Source: an uncultured delta proteobacterium (GTDB taxonomy: Bacteria > Myxococcota_A > UBA9160 > UBA4427). Taken from it: a stretch of 64,000 nt of DNA. Position 1 is the stretch's first letter, and each line of letters begins with the position of its first letter. Below, piece by piece: positions 38,601-51,500 of the stretch. The DNA is taken from the NCBI GenBank assembly GCA_963822965.1, contig CAWGJT010000010.1:32001-96000 (forward strand), written 5' to 3'. The translations under genes were made by a program, and so were the position numbers. The notes under the pieces are model-generated. The model ran no database searches. It was not told where the DNA came from and saw nothing but the letters and a program-made list of their open reading frames with translations.

Positions 38601-38763
38601 GGCCGACCAGGACCGCGCCGGCGCCCTCGTCGCCGAGGCTTCCGCGGCAGCGTCGGCGCGTGGCTGGTCGGCGGTCGCGGCCGAGGCGCAGGAGCTCGCG
38701 GCCGGCCCGCCGCCGTCCCCCTCACTGCCGCGGCACTCGGGAAGGCGCGCCCGCAGCTCGTAG
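35605..38763 (+). CDS. Transcriptional regulator: OmpR/CadC-type winged helix + AAA (STAND-like) ATPase + TPR-like helical region
   Basis: MIFAFGEYELDEERFEL..VWPD..RRGYAF; Walker A GEAGIGKT; Walker B LFFDDLH; GNPL. Confidence 0.9.
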   Translation: MIFAFGEYELDEERFELRRSGCPVEVQPKVLAILLHLVRHRDRVVSKKDLLAAVWPDTVVTENSVARAVSLARLAVGDRVAKPVAIVNVARRGYAFRIPVRVLSAGAGRLVGENESRESRYVGRAQLRARLHDALDDALSGSGRVLFLAGEAGIGKTRTAELLIERARARGAAVSAGSGQEDDATTYQPWMRLLRGVASAAPGARGDLSPEQRNDLALLLPEPGVAPPAADSCDAVAEGNRLPLFEAVLAFLARAAALVPLALFFDDLHAADTESLALLEFVSQGIGALPIALIATRREPEARRAPETDRKADADREQEGSRTPQRSRWIDRLLRATTLERWPLDGLRREEIEAFARLHLGREPAPALVVALEQQTQGNPLLLGESLRSLEARGLIAESRTSDEWEALLPSGIRHLLQPKLEGLSPDGREPLGCALAFGVEVERALLRRCVADPAALDRHVQEWEEAGFVVASADAARLRVSHVLVREALYAELVPPGDARRAVHARIAAVLEEQGSSSPESVAARARHACEAVPSVPVSKAVALAEAAAAQATRLADFDGAAAWHQRALDALERGGSDDVEARIGVLLGFGAAQTRASGAERAQASYGTAGDLARSIRRFDLFGEAALGFAHQPSASGQSDPEVLDLLEEALQQLPPAHEALRIRLLARLAAELRYLDSRRAEARMDEALAAARQLGDAEVLAQALEDCSFLRWSPADTEGWIALNSEIVRTARAAGDLELALRGQKGRVTGLLELGDLVGVDRELRACERTAGTLRTPYARWLVATLGAMRALLDGDLGGAERHVMEAHALGQRVESTDVAVELQAQVVYLRHEQGRTAEVEPAIRAQVQRFREAPAWRAVLARALVATGRIPEARRELGVLARRGFADVPRDRGWLMTLALAGEVAAATGDERAAAALERHLIPYARLAVVGGSGGLYYGSVAHHLGVLAAARSEWDAALGHLEAALAREVRAGARLWEARTRLARARVLRDRGDPADQDRAGALVAEASAAASARGWSAVAAEAQELAAGPPPSPSLPRHSGRRARSS

Positions 38764-39417
38764 AACTCGTACTAGTCGTCGAGGCCAGGCGCGCCGGCCC
38801 GTGAACCAGGCCATGAGTCCGAGCGCCAGCGCGAGCGCCACCTGCCCCGGTCCTCCCAGGGCCGGCACCCGGGGAGCGGTTCCTGCCGGGGTCACCTGCG
38901 CGCTCCCGAACGACGGCGGTGCGAAGCCGCCCACCCCGACGAGCGGGCCTGCCACCGAGTCGTCCTCCCGCGTCGTGACCGTCGACGAGGCGCTCGCGAG
39001 GACGTGGAGGTGCAGCTGCCCGACGGTGTGGGCCCCGCTGATGGCCGGGAAGGAGAAGGTATCGACCGCGAAGGCCACCAGGATCCCCGGCCCGGTGAAG
39101 CTCGCGCAGGCCGAGCTCGCCGACGGACACACGAGCCGCAGGGCGGGGTCGTCGGGGAAGCTCGCGTCGAAGAGGAAGGCGTCGAAGGCGAGGTGAGACG
39201 GGTCGACGCCGACCACGATGCCGCCGCCGAGCGAGGGGTCGGCGAAGTCGATGAGCAGGTCGAACGAGACGATGTCGCCCGAGCCGGCCGCCACGACCGC
39301 CGGTGTCAGGGTGACCGAGTTCTGTGCCGCTGCCTGTCCAGCGAGCAGGAGCCCCACGGCCAGGCTCGCGGCCAGGGGCAGGGTCCCGCGTCGAACCGGC
39401 GGTCTTCTTCCTTCCAT
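38722..39417 (-). CDS. Small secreted beta-sandwich (cohesin-like) protein with IPTL-CTERM-like sorting signal
   Basis: Purine-rich RBS then ATG at 39417; signal peptide; VPALGGPGQVALALALGLMAWFTGRR. Confidence 0.72.
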   Translation of the reverse strand: MEGRRPPVRRGTLPLAASLAVGLLLAGQAAAQNSVTLTPAVVAAGSGDIVSFDLLIDFADPSLGGGIVVGVDPSHLAFDAFLFDASFPDDPALRLVCPSASSACASFTGPGILVAFAVDTFSFPAISGAHTVGQLHLHVLASASSTVTTREDDSVAGPLVGVGGFAPPSFGSAQVTPAGTAPRVPALGGPGQVALALALGLMAWFTGRRAWPRRLVRVLRAAGAPSRVPRQ

Positions 39418-39494
39418 CTTCTCTCTTCTCTCTCCCCCTCTCCGTACTACCACATCGCCCCGAGCGAACGGCGGAGGGCGCGGTGACGGTGGTG

Positions 39495-39543
39495 TCTGAT
39501 CATCGAAAGATCAGAGTTTCACCTCAGCCACTGTGGGAAACTC
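39495..39543. promoter_or_regulatory. Two adjacent inverted repeats in the divergent promoter (candidate operators)
   Basis: TCTGATC-N7-GATCAGA (39495-39515) and GAGTTTC-N16-GAAACTC (39514-39543). Confidence 0.5.
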
Positions 39544-39567
39544 GCGGTCGGCCCAGCAGAGCAGGGG

Positions 39568-42500
39568 GTGCCGCCCGGGGTGAAACAGCTGAAGCGGGTC
39601 AAGCAGGGCAGGCAGGCCCTCCGCGCGCTGCGCGGCTGGAAGCGCGCCCTCGCCAGGCACCGGTCGGCAGGAGACCGGGGGGTGCGCTCGCGCTTCGAGC
39701 TCGAGCCCCTCGAGCCCCGCATCCTGCTCTCCGTCGATCCGTTGGGGGTCGATCCCGATCCGCACGCCCTTCTCCTCCCCCCGCTCGCGGTGCTGCAGGC
39801 CGACGTGGCGGGCGTCCCGGAGGCCGCCACGGACGACCCCGGCGGCTCCGGAACAGGCGTCGTGGCGCCGATCCTGCCCCCGAGCATGAACGGGGTCTCC
39901 GTCACGACGACGGGCGACCCCGAGTGGAAGGAGCAGGGCCCGGCGCCCATCACCGGCGGCTTCACCACCGAGGTGGGCGCGGTGGAGGCCATCTCCGTCG
40001 ACCCGGCCGACCCCAACCACGTGGCGCTGGGGACCGTGGGCGGCGGCGTCTGGATCACCCAGAACCTGCGCAACGTCGGTGGGCCCCAATGGGAGACCAC
40101 CACCGACCAGCTGCCGTCCCTGGCGATTGGCTCCATCGCCTGGAGCCCCCTCAACCTGGACGCGAGCGGCAACGTCACCTCCGCCGTGGTCCCCAACAGC
40201 GGCGTGAAGGCCCAAACCCTCTATGCCGGCACCGGCAGCTTCAGCAACGGCGACGACCAGGTCGGGGCCTCGGTGGGCGTCTATCGCTCCACCGACGGGG
40301 GCCAGACCTGGTCGGTCGTCGGCACGAAGGACCTCACCGGCCTCAAGATCCGCACCATCGTCCCCACCACGCTCACCGAGAACGGCAAGCAGGTCCTGCT
40401 CGCCGCCACTTCCGGCGACCTGCGCACGGCGGGGAGCTCGCAGGAAGGCCTCTGGCGCAGCACGGACTCGGGCGAGACGTGGACCCGGATCGGCGACAAC
40501 AAGATCTTCACGGGGACGATCGCGACCGTGAACGGCGCCACGGTCACGTTCACCGAGAACCCCGGATGGCAGGTCGATCAGTTCGCGGGGCAGACGGTCT
40601 CGGTCGTCCCCACGGACACGTCGATCCTCGCCGGGGCGAACGACAAGCTGACGAGCAATACCGCGAACTCGCTGACCTATCCGAGCGCCGCCGACCTCAC
40701 GGGCCTCACGGCTGGCACCCAGGTCGTGGTGTCCCTCAACGCCTGGGTACAGTCCGCCCAGGCCTCGGCGCTCGTGGCGGACCCGATCGCCGCCGGCGGC
40801 GACGCCTTCTACGCCGCCTTCCCGCAGTTTGGGATCGTGAAGAGCGTCCCGGGTACCAAGGGCGCTCAGTGGGTGCCGCTCAGCGTCCTCACGGACAACA
40901 CGCTGCTGGACTCCCAGCGGATCGAGCTCGCCGTCAGCCAGGCCCCGGGAGGCAGCCCGGGCAGCGGCGTCATCTACGCGGCCACCCTCAGCTATCAGTC
41001 GCACATCACCGCGTGGAACGCGGCGACGAGGACGCTGACGGTCGAGCGGGCCGAGGTCTTCCAGGCGGGCGACACCATCAAGGTGCAGCTCACCGACCCC
41101 GGCGGGGCCCTCAAATACCAGGACGCGACGGTCACGGCCACCAACTGGGCCGCCCACACCGTCACCGTCGACACCGACCCCAAGACAGCCGGCAACCAGT
41201 GGGGCAATGCCGCTGCGCCGGACACGTCGGGCAATGGGACGGCCGAGATGCCGAGCCTGAATGACCTGCGTCCCTCCGCGCTGCTCCGCTCGGACGACGG
41301 GGGCGCGACGTGGACCGCGCTGAACGTCCCGTCGAGCATCGAGACGGTCACCGTGAACGGCGTCATGTCGAACACGATCATCGGCTCCAACCCCGGCAGC
41401 CAGGGCATGACCAACTTCTCCTTGCTGGTCGATCCCACCAACGCCGACAACCTCTACGCTGCCGGCGACACGCAAATGGTCGACAACTACCTCGGCACGG
41501 ACGACTACGTGTCGCGGTCGTTCTTCGGGGTGGTCTCCGGCGGGACGGTGCAGTGGCACCCGGTGGTGGGCGACGGCAATCTCAGTCCCGGCGACGCCCT
41601 GGACGGCGCGAACGGCACGGCGGCCCACGCCGACTCGCGCGACATGGCCTGGAGCATGGGCGAGCTGCTCGAGGCGGACGACGGCGGCGTCTACCTGCTC
41701 GCGTCACCCTCGACGGCGGCCCGCTTCTGGTCGTCCATGAACTACAACCTGGGGCTCGACGAGCTCTACTCCGTCGCCTACGACCCGGTGAACCACGTCA
41801 TCCTGGGAGGAGCCCAGGACCAGGGTGCGCTGCGCCAGCGCACCGTGCACGGCCAGACCTGGCTCGAGTTCCTCGGCGGCGACGGCACGATCGTCGCCGT
41901 CGCGCCGTTGGCGGCGATCGCGCCCGACGTGACGACCACGCCCGCGCAGGTCCTCGAGTACTTCGCCCTCGACTCGCTCGGACTCTTCTCGCGAATCATC
42001 GCCAACGGGATCGATGATTCGATGCCTCTCGACTTCGATGTCGACGACTCCAGCGAAGCGACCTGGCTGAGCCTCAAGAATCTGCCGATCGGCAAGAAGA
42101 CGCTCGACGAGGCCTTCGCGTTCAGGACCCCCTTCGCGCTCAACGCGGCCAATCCCGCCCGGATCCTGATCGCCGACAAGGCCGGCCACCTGATCGACCT
42201 GCGCCAGGGGACGGCCGTCGGGAACGTGGTGAACTTCACCTCGACCTGGAAGCGTCCCGATCCGCCGTCGGGGAAGAAGCATGCAGCAGTGGTGACGGCC
42301 CTGCTGTCGGGCGGCTGGGAGCGGGTCGGGGGGGTGCTGAAGGGGCGGGAGAACGTCGCCTACGTGGCGTTCGTCCGACAAGAAGCTCTTCGTGCGCGGC
42401 GTCACCGGCGACTACAAGCGCGCCAGGATGAAGGACTACAAGGGGACGGCGATCGTCGACCTCGTGACCGACCCCTTCAACTGGAAGACGGTGTTCGCGC

Positions 42501-45500
42501 TCGACAGCAACGACCACGTCTGGCGCTCGAGCGACGCCGGGGACTCCTGGACCGACATCTCCGGCAACGTCGCTCGCTCTCGCGCGATCTCCGGACCATC
42601 GAGTACGTGAACCCGACCGAGGCCGCGGGCGACGAGGGGCTGCTGGTCGGCGGCCAGGGCGGGGTGTTCCGTCTGCTCGACCCGGCCAACGCGACGAGCG
42701 CGTCGGCGCAGTGGAGCGAGTTCGGCCGGTCGAATGCCCAACACCACGGTCAACGACCTCACTGGGACCGCTTCGACAACGTGCTGGTCGCCGGCACGGC
42801 GGGGCGCGGCGCGTGGGAGATCTCGCAGATCGACACCGAGATCGCTACCCGCAGCACCCTCACGATCACGGGCACCTCCGGCGACGACACGATCCGGCTG
42901 GTGCGCGCCGCCTCCAATCCGTCGCTGCTCGAGGTGCACGTCGCCGGCGTCGGCGGCGCCCCCGAGAAGGTGGGCCAGATCCAGCTGTCGACCTTGCAGG
43001 AGATCCACGTCGCGGCCTCGGCGGGCAACGACACGGTGATCCTCGACCAGAGCAACGGCGTGATCGGCGTCCCGGGCGACGAGCTTCGCGAGCTGGCTCG
43101 CCGGCACCACCGACATGGTGGTGGAGGGCAACGCCGGCGACAACGACACCCTGGTGCTCCAGGGCTCGAAGTTCTCCCTCAAGTCGGTCCAGACCGCGTC
43201 GGCGACCAGCGGCAAGGTCTACCTGGACGGCAGCGACGCCGACCTGACCCTCAACTACACCGACGTCCATCTCGACGACCAGAGCGCCAGCCCGCACGCG
43301 GCGGCCCTGCTCAGCTTCGGGGCCGGCGTCGGCGGGCTTCGGCCTGGGCGGGGTCCTGCCGGACGTCTCGCTCGCCGGCATCGGCGAATCCCTGGTGCGC
43401 GGGGTGGGCGGCTTCGACGCGTCCCTGCCGGGCCCGACCGCCGAGGGCGGCATCGGCCGGAGCGAGGGGGACCCGGACGCGGCCCGGAGCGAGCTGACCG
43501 AGCCGGTAGGCGTCGGCGCGAGCGACTCCTGCGGCGGCTCTTCGAGACCGGGACGGGCGCGTTCTCGCCGGAGCAGATCGGCGTCACGATCACCACCACC
43601 GCCGAGCTGATCGCCGCGCTCGACGGCCTCGACGACATCGCGGGCAACGTCACCCTCGTGCGCGACGACGCCTCGGCGTCTGATCCTCGACGTCGAGCAT
43701 CCAGAAGACGCTCGAAGGTACGATCTCGACCTGTCGGCGGTGCTGCCCTCCGGCCTGGTCGACCTCGAGGGCAGCAGCGAACTTCACCGCCGACGTGAAG
43801 GCGAAGCTGCGGCTCGGCGTGGACGAGCAGGGCTTCTTCATCGACGCGGACGCCTTCAGCCGACCCCGAGCTGGTGGTGAGCAACATCCAGCTTCGGCGA
43901 CGAGATCGAGGCGAGCGGCAACTTCGGCATCCTGGACGTCGAGATCGCCAGCGGCTCGCTCACGATGGATCCCGGCGTGCGCATCGAGATAGGACCTGAA
44001 GGACACCGGTGCGGACCCGCTCACGGGCGTTCAACGACGGCGTCATGCGCTCTCTACGAGCTCGACGCGCGCCGGCGCCGCGGCCGCGAGCGTCAAGCGT
44101 CGTGGGCAACATCAACGCCGACGACCTCGTCTTCGACGTCGACCTGACGCGTTGCCGCTCTTCGACGGACGGCACCGATCCCCTTCGGGCTCGAGGACGC
44201 GAACGTCCAGCTCGTATGGGCGGGATATCGACAAGCCCGACCAGTTCGTCGTGCGCGCCGGCGCGTCGCTCGGCCAGGACATCGTCGCGTTCCTGAACGT
44301 CGACCTGCCCGAGATCGTCCAGCACATCCAGGACTACGCGGGCTCCTTCCAGGCCCTGACCGGTACGGACATGCTCGGCGTGAAGCTTCCGTTCGTCGGC
44401 AAGAGCCTCGGCGACCTGCTGGGCAGCGTGCCGCAGCCCCTCGAGCTCGGCGCCTCCCAGGTCGGCAACGTCTCGCAGACCGAGGACGACGGCAGCTTCC
44501 AGCGCTTCGAGGTGCGGTCCAGGACGTCGATCTGGTGGCGCAGAAGGTCGGCGTCGGGCGACGCCGTCGTGTACCGGGGCGCGAACGGAGAGGATCTGCA
44601 GGGGGAGGTGAGAGTCCGTCGAGCCTTCACTGCTGGTCGTGCGCTTCGCGAGCGGCGCGGCCCAGGAGCCCGACCGCGCGAGCCCGATGCTGAGCGTGCG
44701 CCGGTCCGGCGGGCTGGGCGATCAGCTCGCCGAGGCCCTCGGCGGCAGCACCGAGCTGCTCGCCGAGCGGCCCACCCTGCAGTCGGCTGCTCGAGAACCT
44801 GGCGGAGTCGGCTGGGCATCGACCTCGAGTCGATCGGGCTCTCGTCGACGGGGAGCGGCGCCAACCGCCAGCTCCAGATCACGCTGCCGATCAACCTCGA
44901 TCCGATCGAGTACAAGACCGACCTGGCCCTCGACGTCGGCATTCCGCAGCTGAAGATCGACGCGAGCGGCACGATCGGCATCTCCATCGACGCCGACTTC
45001 CAGCTGGGGCTTCGGAATCCAGCTCGGCGAAGGGCTCTCGATCGACGACCGCCTCTTCCTGGTGGATGCGCCGGGCCCCGAGGTCTCGATCCAGCTCGAC
45101 GCGTCGATCGCGAACCCCTACCTTCTACGGCAAGGTCGGCTTCCTGGGCGTCGAGCTGAAGCCCGACCCGGCCGACGCGGATCCCCAGGGCATCCACTTC
45201 ACCGGCGCCCTGTCGCTCGACCTGCAGGACCCGAACACGGACGGCCGCATCACCTTGTCCGAGATGCGCGCCGACCGATCGTGTCTTCGCTGGTCTCGAG
45301 CAGCATCACCGCCAATCTCTCCATCGACGACATCGTGCTCGTTCCCGAGGTGGGGCTGACGCTGCCGGCGCTGTCGCTCTCGCTCGACGGGCTCACCGGC
45401 GGCCTGATCCAGGGCAGCGGCGCGTCTGCCGTTTCCTCCCTCGCGGGGGTGCTCGCCAACATCCAGATCGACACCAGCGCGCTCGAGCACTTCCTCGACT

Positions 45501-48500
45501 TCGACAACCTCACCGCCGACGGCTTCCTCGGCCTGCTGAAGCAGCTCGGCGGCGCGCTGCAGGCCCTGGGCGGCGAGGGGATCCTGTCCACCTCGATTCC
45601 GTTCACGGGCCTCACCCTGGGCGACGCCCTCGACGTGGATGCCTTGCTCGCGAAGGTGCTCTCGGGCCCGCTCGGGGGCCTGCGGGCGCTGGGCGGCCTG
45701 CCCGCGCCCGCGGACGGGCGGCTCGACCAGGACGCGCTGCTCTCGTTCGTCGTCAACGGCTCGACGGCGGTTCGACAAAGGTGGACGTCACCGTCGCCGC
45801 CGACGCCAGCAACACAGAGCATCGACGACCTGGTTGCGGACGTGAACGAGGCGCTGGCCGCGAAGCTCCTCGAGCTGGGCATTCCCGACCTGGTGGAGGC
45901 CCAGCGGGTGGGGAGCCGGATCGGGCTCGTGGGCAAGAGCGCGGACCTGACGGCGCTCTCGATCGAGGCGGGCGAGGCCTTTGGCCTCCCCGCCGGCGTC
46001 GTGGGCATCGCGCGCAGCTTCGACTCGGCCCAGGAGGTGCTGACCGCGCTGGCCTCGGCGGTCGGTGCGACCTACGACGCCAACGCGAAGCGTCTCACCT
46101 ACCAGGTCCAGTTCGACGAGAGCACGAGCCGGGAGATCCCCCTCGGCCTCGACCTCGACCTCGGCGACGCCATCGCGCTCTCGGTCTTCGTGCGCCTGCG
46201 GGCCGCCAACGCGGGGCCCGTGAACGGACAGCCCGCCACGACGAGCTTCACGCTGCGGGTGAACGACGGCGCCCCCGTCGTGGTCGACCTCGCGGGCGCC
46301 GTCGCGGGCAACACCGACCTCGACGACCTCGTGGTCGATCTCAACGCCGCCCTCGCCACGGCGCTCGCCGCGACGGACTTCGGCGACGACATCAGCGTGA
46401 CGAACGACGGCGGGCGGCTGGCCTTCGTCTCCAAGGGCACCCAGGTGGAGTCGCTCCAGGTGAGCGGGGCCGAGGCCCTGGGCTTCGCGACCGACCAGCA
46501 GGCGGACGCGGCGGTGAACCTCGACGCGCGGGTGAAGGGCGGCCTCACCCTGGGCGTCGACCTCGTCCCGCTGGGACAGGGCTTCGCGCTCTCGAGCGCC
46601 ACCCTCGCCGCCGTGAACGACAACCTGCCGGGCGAGATCAAGCCCCAGGGAACGCCCGAGCTGGAGATCACCACCAGCGATGGCACCGTCTTCCTCGTCG
46701 ATCTCGCCGCCGGCGGGACGCCCGCGACCACGGTCCAGGACGTCGCGCAGGCGATCCAGACCCAGACGAGCGGCAAGGTGACGGTCACCCTCGACGACGA
46801 CACGGACACGATCCGCCTCGTCGACACGACCTTCGTCGAAGGTGCCCCCGCCACGTTCCGGGTGCGGGGCGTCAACGACTCGTTCGCGAGCGTGCAGCTC
46901 GGCATCGAGGCCAGCGACACCGCCGCGACCGGCACGATCGAGAGCCGGCCGCTCCACAACGAGTCCCTCACGAGCCGCTTCTTCATCCAGGATGCGAGCT
47001 TCGACGCGACCTTCGACGTGGGGGTCGACACGCTCGACGCCAGCGCGCGCTTCGGAGCGCTCGGATTCGACGTCGTCCAGGGATCGGGCGGCATCAGCGC
47101 GCACCTGGGCCTCGACCTGCTCGACCCGGGCACCGACGCCGCGGACGGGCGCATCACCTTCGGCGAGCTGCTGGACAACCTGGGCAACCCGTCGGCGCTG
47201 CTCGGGGGCGACGGCTTCAGCGGCTCGGCGAACCTCGACCTGCCGGTCCGGCTCGCGCCCGACTTCCTGAACGGCGCGCTGACGGGCGATCCGCGGGTGA
47301 GCCTGTCGTGGAGCGATCTCACCGACCCGGGCACCCTCAGCTACGGGTTCAATGCGGATCTCGCGGACCTCTCCGGCTTCGAGGCCCTCGCCTTCGGCAA
47401 GATCATCGAGGGGCTGCGCGCGGTCCAGGGCTTCATCGACGACGAGATCGAGGGGCTGCTCGGCGCGATTCCCGAGATCCCGCTGGTGAACGAGAGCCTG
47501 CTCGACCTGACGGGAGATCCGTCGGACGCGTTCGGTGCGCTGGTCGATCGCCTGGAGGCCGATCCGCCGGAGACCCTCGGCGAGTTCCAGCTCTTCCTCC
47601 AGGACACTCTCGCCGAGGTGCTGGCCGGGCTCGGCGGCGTCACGGTGAGCTTCGACCTGCCGACCCGCTCCTTCGACATCGACCTCGGCTTCGCGAAGAG
47701 CGTGCAGACGACGCTGCCCCTGAACCTGGACCTCGGCCTGCCGGGCCTGCAGTTCGGCGGTCTCGACCCGAGCCTGGTGGGGCAGGGCACCCTCGACGTG
47801 CAGGCCGGTGTCTTCTTCGACCTCGGGCTCACCTTCGACGTCACGAACCCCTCCGTGCCGACGATCTACCTGCGCGACAGCTCGGACTTCCGGGTCGAGG
47901 TGGGTCTGGAGTCGAGCGATCTGCAGTTCGCCGCGACCCTCGGGCCGGCGGGGCTCTTCATCGGCAACCAGGGCCTCGCGAACCTGGGCTCCCTGCGGCT
48001 CGGCTCCTCGGATCTCGTGGCGGGCAGCCCGGCGGTCTTCAGCCTGGGCCTCGCGACGGATCCGTCGGATCACCGCTACCTGCTCGGCGAGCTGTCGACC
48101 GGGCTCCTGCAGACGAACCTCGACGCGCGCGTGGGCGCGCAGCTGCCCGTCTACTTCCCGACCGAGTCCGCGTTCCTGGGCGACATCCAGGTCGACATCC
48201 AGGACCTGCTCGACCCGTTCGACGTGAGCAGCAGCGACGGCGATCCGGCGACCTCGAGCTTCGACGCCCCGGACTTCGGGGCCGCGATCTCGTCGCTGCT
48301 GGCCGACCTCGCCGCCAACCTGTCGGCCCTGGGCAACGGCTGGGACGGGCTGCTCAACCTCTTCATCGACGCTCTCGACGGCGACGTCTTCGGGGTGAAG
48401 CTGCCGCTCATCGGCGACCAGCTCGCCGGCGCCGCCAACTTCCTGGCGGACATCCGCGACCAGGTTTCCCAGAACATCGAGACCTTCCACACCACCAATC

Positions 48501-51500
48501 CCGGTGAGCTGCTGACCGACACGGCCGTCAAGAACCTGCTCTTCGAGGCCATCGGCCCCGGCGGGCTCGGCTGGCTGCAGGACCGCGACGGCGACGCGGA
48601 CGTCGACCTGAACGACCTCGCGGTCGTCTCGAGCGGACTCGACGGCGTGGAGTTCGCCTTCAAGCTCGGCCGCAGCCAGCAGATCGACCAGGCGGTGGGC
48701 TTCGATCTCGGGCTCGACGCCCTGGGACTCTCGCTCGACGGCGACGTGGACCTGTCCCTGGGCTTCCAGCTCGACCTCGCCCTCGGCGTGAACCGCAGCG
48801 ACGGGCTCTACTTCCGCACCGACGGTCCCGACCCCGAGCTCACGGTCACCGTCGACGCCACGATCCCCGGCCAGACGCTCACGGGCTCGCTCCTCTTCCT
48901 GGACCTCGTCGCCCAGGACCAGGGCAGCCGCCTCACGGGCAGCTTCACCGTCGACCTGCTCGACCCCGGCCAGGACGACGGGCTGCTCACCCTGGCGGAG
49001 ATCGCCCGGCTCGGCACGGGCGGGACGCTCCCCGGCCCGCTCTTCGCCTCCACCCTCGACGCGTCGGCCAACGTCGACCTCGCTCTCACCCTGGGCTTCG
49101 GCACGAGCGGCCGCTTCCCGTCGATCTACGCCGATCTCGGAATCGACTGGGGCATCGGTCCGTCGGCGCCCTTCGGCGGCGTGCCCCAGGTGTCCTTCGA
49201 CAACGTGCAGATGGACCTCGGCGGCTTCATCGACGACTACGTGGGCGGCATCCTCGCCGGCATCGACGACGTCGTGGGGCCGCTCGACGACTACCTCTCG
49301 AAGCTGCAGGCGCCGATTCCGGTGCTGTCCGACGTGATGGGACGCCCGGTTTCGCTGATCGACCTGGCCCGCATCCTGCCCGGCAGCGTCGGCAAGGCCG
49401 CCGACTTCCTCGACGCGGTGGCGGACATCGCCGACCTGGCGAACCTGCCGCTGGTGCCCGGGGGCTCGCGCATCGACCTCGGCAGCTTCGATCTCGGCGG
49501 TGCCGACATCCGCAACCTCGCCTCGGTGACCGGGCTCACCCCGCGCGTCACCCAGGCCGTGGACCCGAAGGCCGGGCTGCCTGCGAACGTGAAGAGCTAC
49601 GTCCAGCAGGCCGCGGCCGCGAACGGCGGAGGCTTCCACTTCGCGTTCCTGGACAACCCGAGCTCGCTCTTCGGGCTGCTGCTGGGCCAGGATCCCGTCC
49701 TCTTCACCTACGACATGCCGGCGCTGGATCTGGCGTTCGACATCGGCCCCCTCGAGTTCCCGATCATCCCGCCGCTGCTCAAGGCGAGCGTCGGCGGTCA
49801 CGTGGAGGCGCACGCCGACTTCGCCTTCGGCTTCGATACGTTGGGGCTGCGGGCCGCCCACGATACCGGCGACGCGACCCGGGCCTTCGAGGGCTTCTAC
49901 GTCAGCGACACCGCCAACCCAGACGGCAGCGGCGAGGACGTCCCCGAGGTGACCCTCTCCGCGGGGGTGCTCGCGGGCGTGGGCGCGGGCATCCCCGGCT
50001 TCGCCGAGGTCAAGGTCGAGGGCGGGGTGATCGGCAGCCTCGAGCTCGACCTCCACGACGATAACGGGGACGGCCGCATCCGGCCCTCCGAGCTCCTCTC
50101 GGGCCTCGCGCTCGGGCCGCTCTACGTCTTCGACGGCAAGGCCAAGGTCGACGCCAGGTTGGTCGGCTCGATCCACATCCTCTTCGTGATCGACGAGAGC
50201 AAGACGCTCGCGGACACGACGCTCTTCGAGTTCGACCTCACGCGTCCCGACACGACGCCCGTGCTCGCCCACGTCGACAGCCGGGCAGCTCGTCCTGCAC
50301 GCCGGTCCGAACGCCGGCCTGCGCCTGCACGGCAACGTGGACGACGGCGACGAGGTATTCCGGGTGCTCCCCGGCGACGCTCCGAACCGGGTGATCGTCG
50401 ACGCGTTCGGCCTGCAGCAGACCTTCGACAACGTGACCAGCATCTTCGCGGACGCCGGAGCCGGCAACGACGACATTGCGGTGCGCGCGGGCGTCGAGCT
50501 GCCGGTGACGATGATCGGCGGCAGCGGCAACGACGTGCTGGTGGTGCAGGGCGGCGCAGCCATCCTGATGGGCGAGCGACGGCGACGACACCCTGGTTGC
50601 TGCCGACGGGGCCGACAGCCTGGATGGCGGCGAGGGCGCCGACACCCTGCAGGGCGGTGGCGGCGCCGATCTGCTGGTGGGCGGCGCGGGCAACGATCGG
50701 CTCGAGGGCGGCGACGGAGGCGACACGCTGCAGGGAGGAGCCGGCGACGACTCGCTCTCCGGCGGGGGTGGCGACGACATTCCTCTACGGCGGCGACGGT
50801 GCCGACACCCTGCAGGGCGACGACGGGGTCGACCATCTCTACGGCGAAGCCGGACCGGATCTGCTGGTCGGCGGGCGCGGCGACGACTTCCTGTACGGGG
50901 GCAGCGAGAGCGACGTCCTCCAGGGCGGGATCGGCGCCGACACCCTGCAGGGCGACGCGAGGCAACGACCAGCTCTTCGGCGAGATCGGCAACGACATTC
51001 TCGACGGCGGCGACGGCGACGACCTGCTCGACGGCGGCGAGAACACCGACACGATCCACGGCGGGCTCGGCAACGACGTGATCTTCGGCGGTGCGGGCAG
51101 CGACACGCTGCTCGACGGCGGCGCCGGCGACGACACGATCTACGCGGGCAGCGACGCCAGCGGGAACGACGCGAAGGAGACCGTCGCCGACCCACGTGAT
51201 CCTGGGCGGCACCGGCCGCGACCTGATCTATGGCGGCGCCGGCGCGGACGAGATCCACGGCGGCGACGACGCCGACACGGTCTTCGGTCTCGGCGGCGAC
51301 GACCAGATCTTCGGCGACGGCGGCGACGACACGATCTCGGCGGGCGCCGGCAACGACACGGTGTACGGCGGCAGCGGCCGCGACGTGATCCGGGGCGACG
51401 ACGGCGACGACCTGCTCTATGGCGAGGCGGACGCCGACCAGCTCTTCGGCGGCGCCGGCAACGATCGCCTCGAAGGGGCGGCGGGCGACGACCTGCTGGT

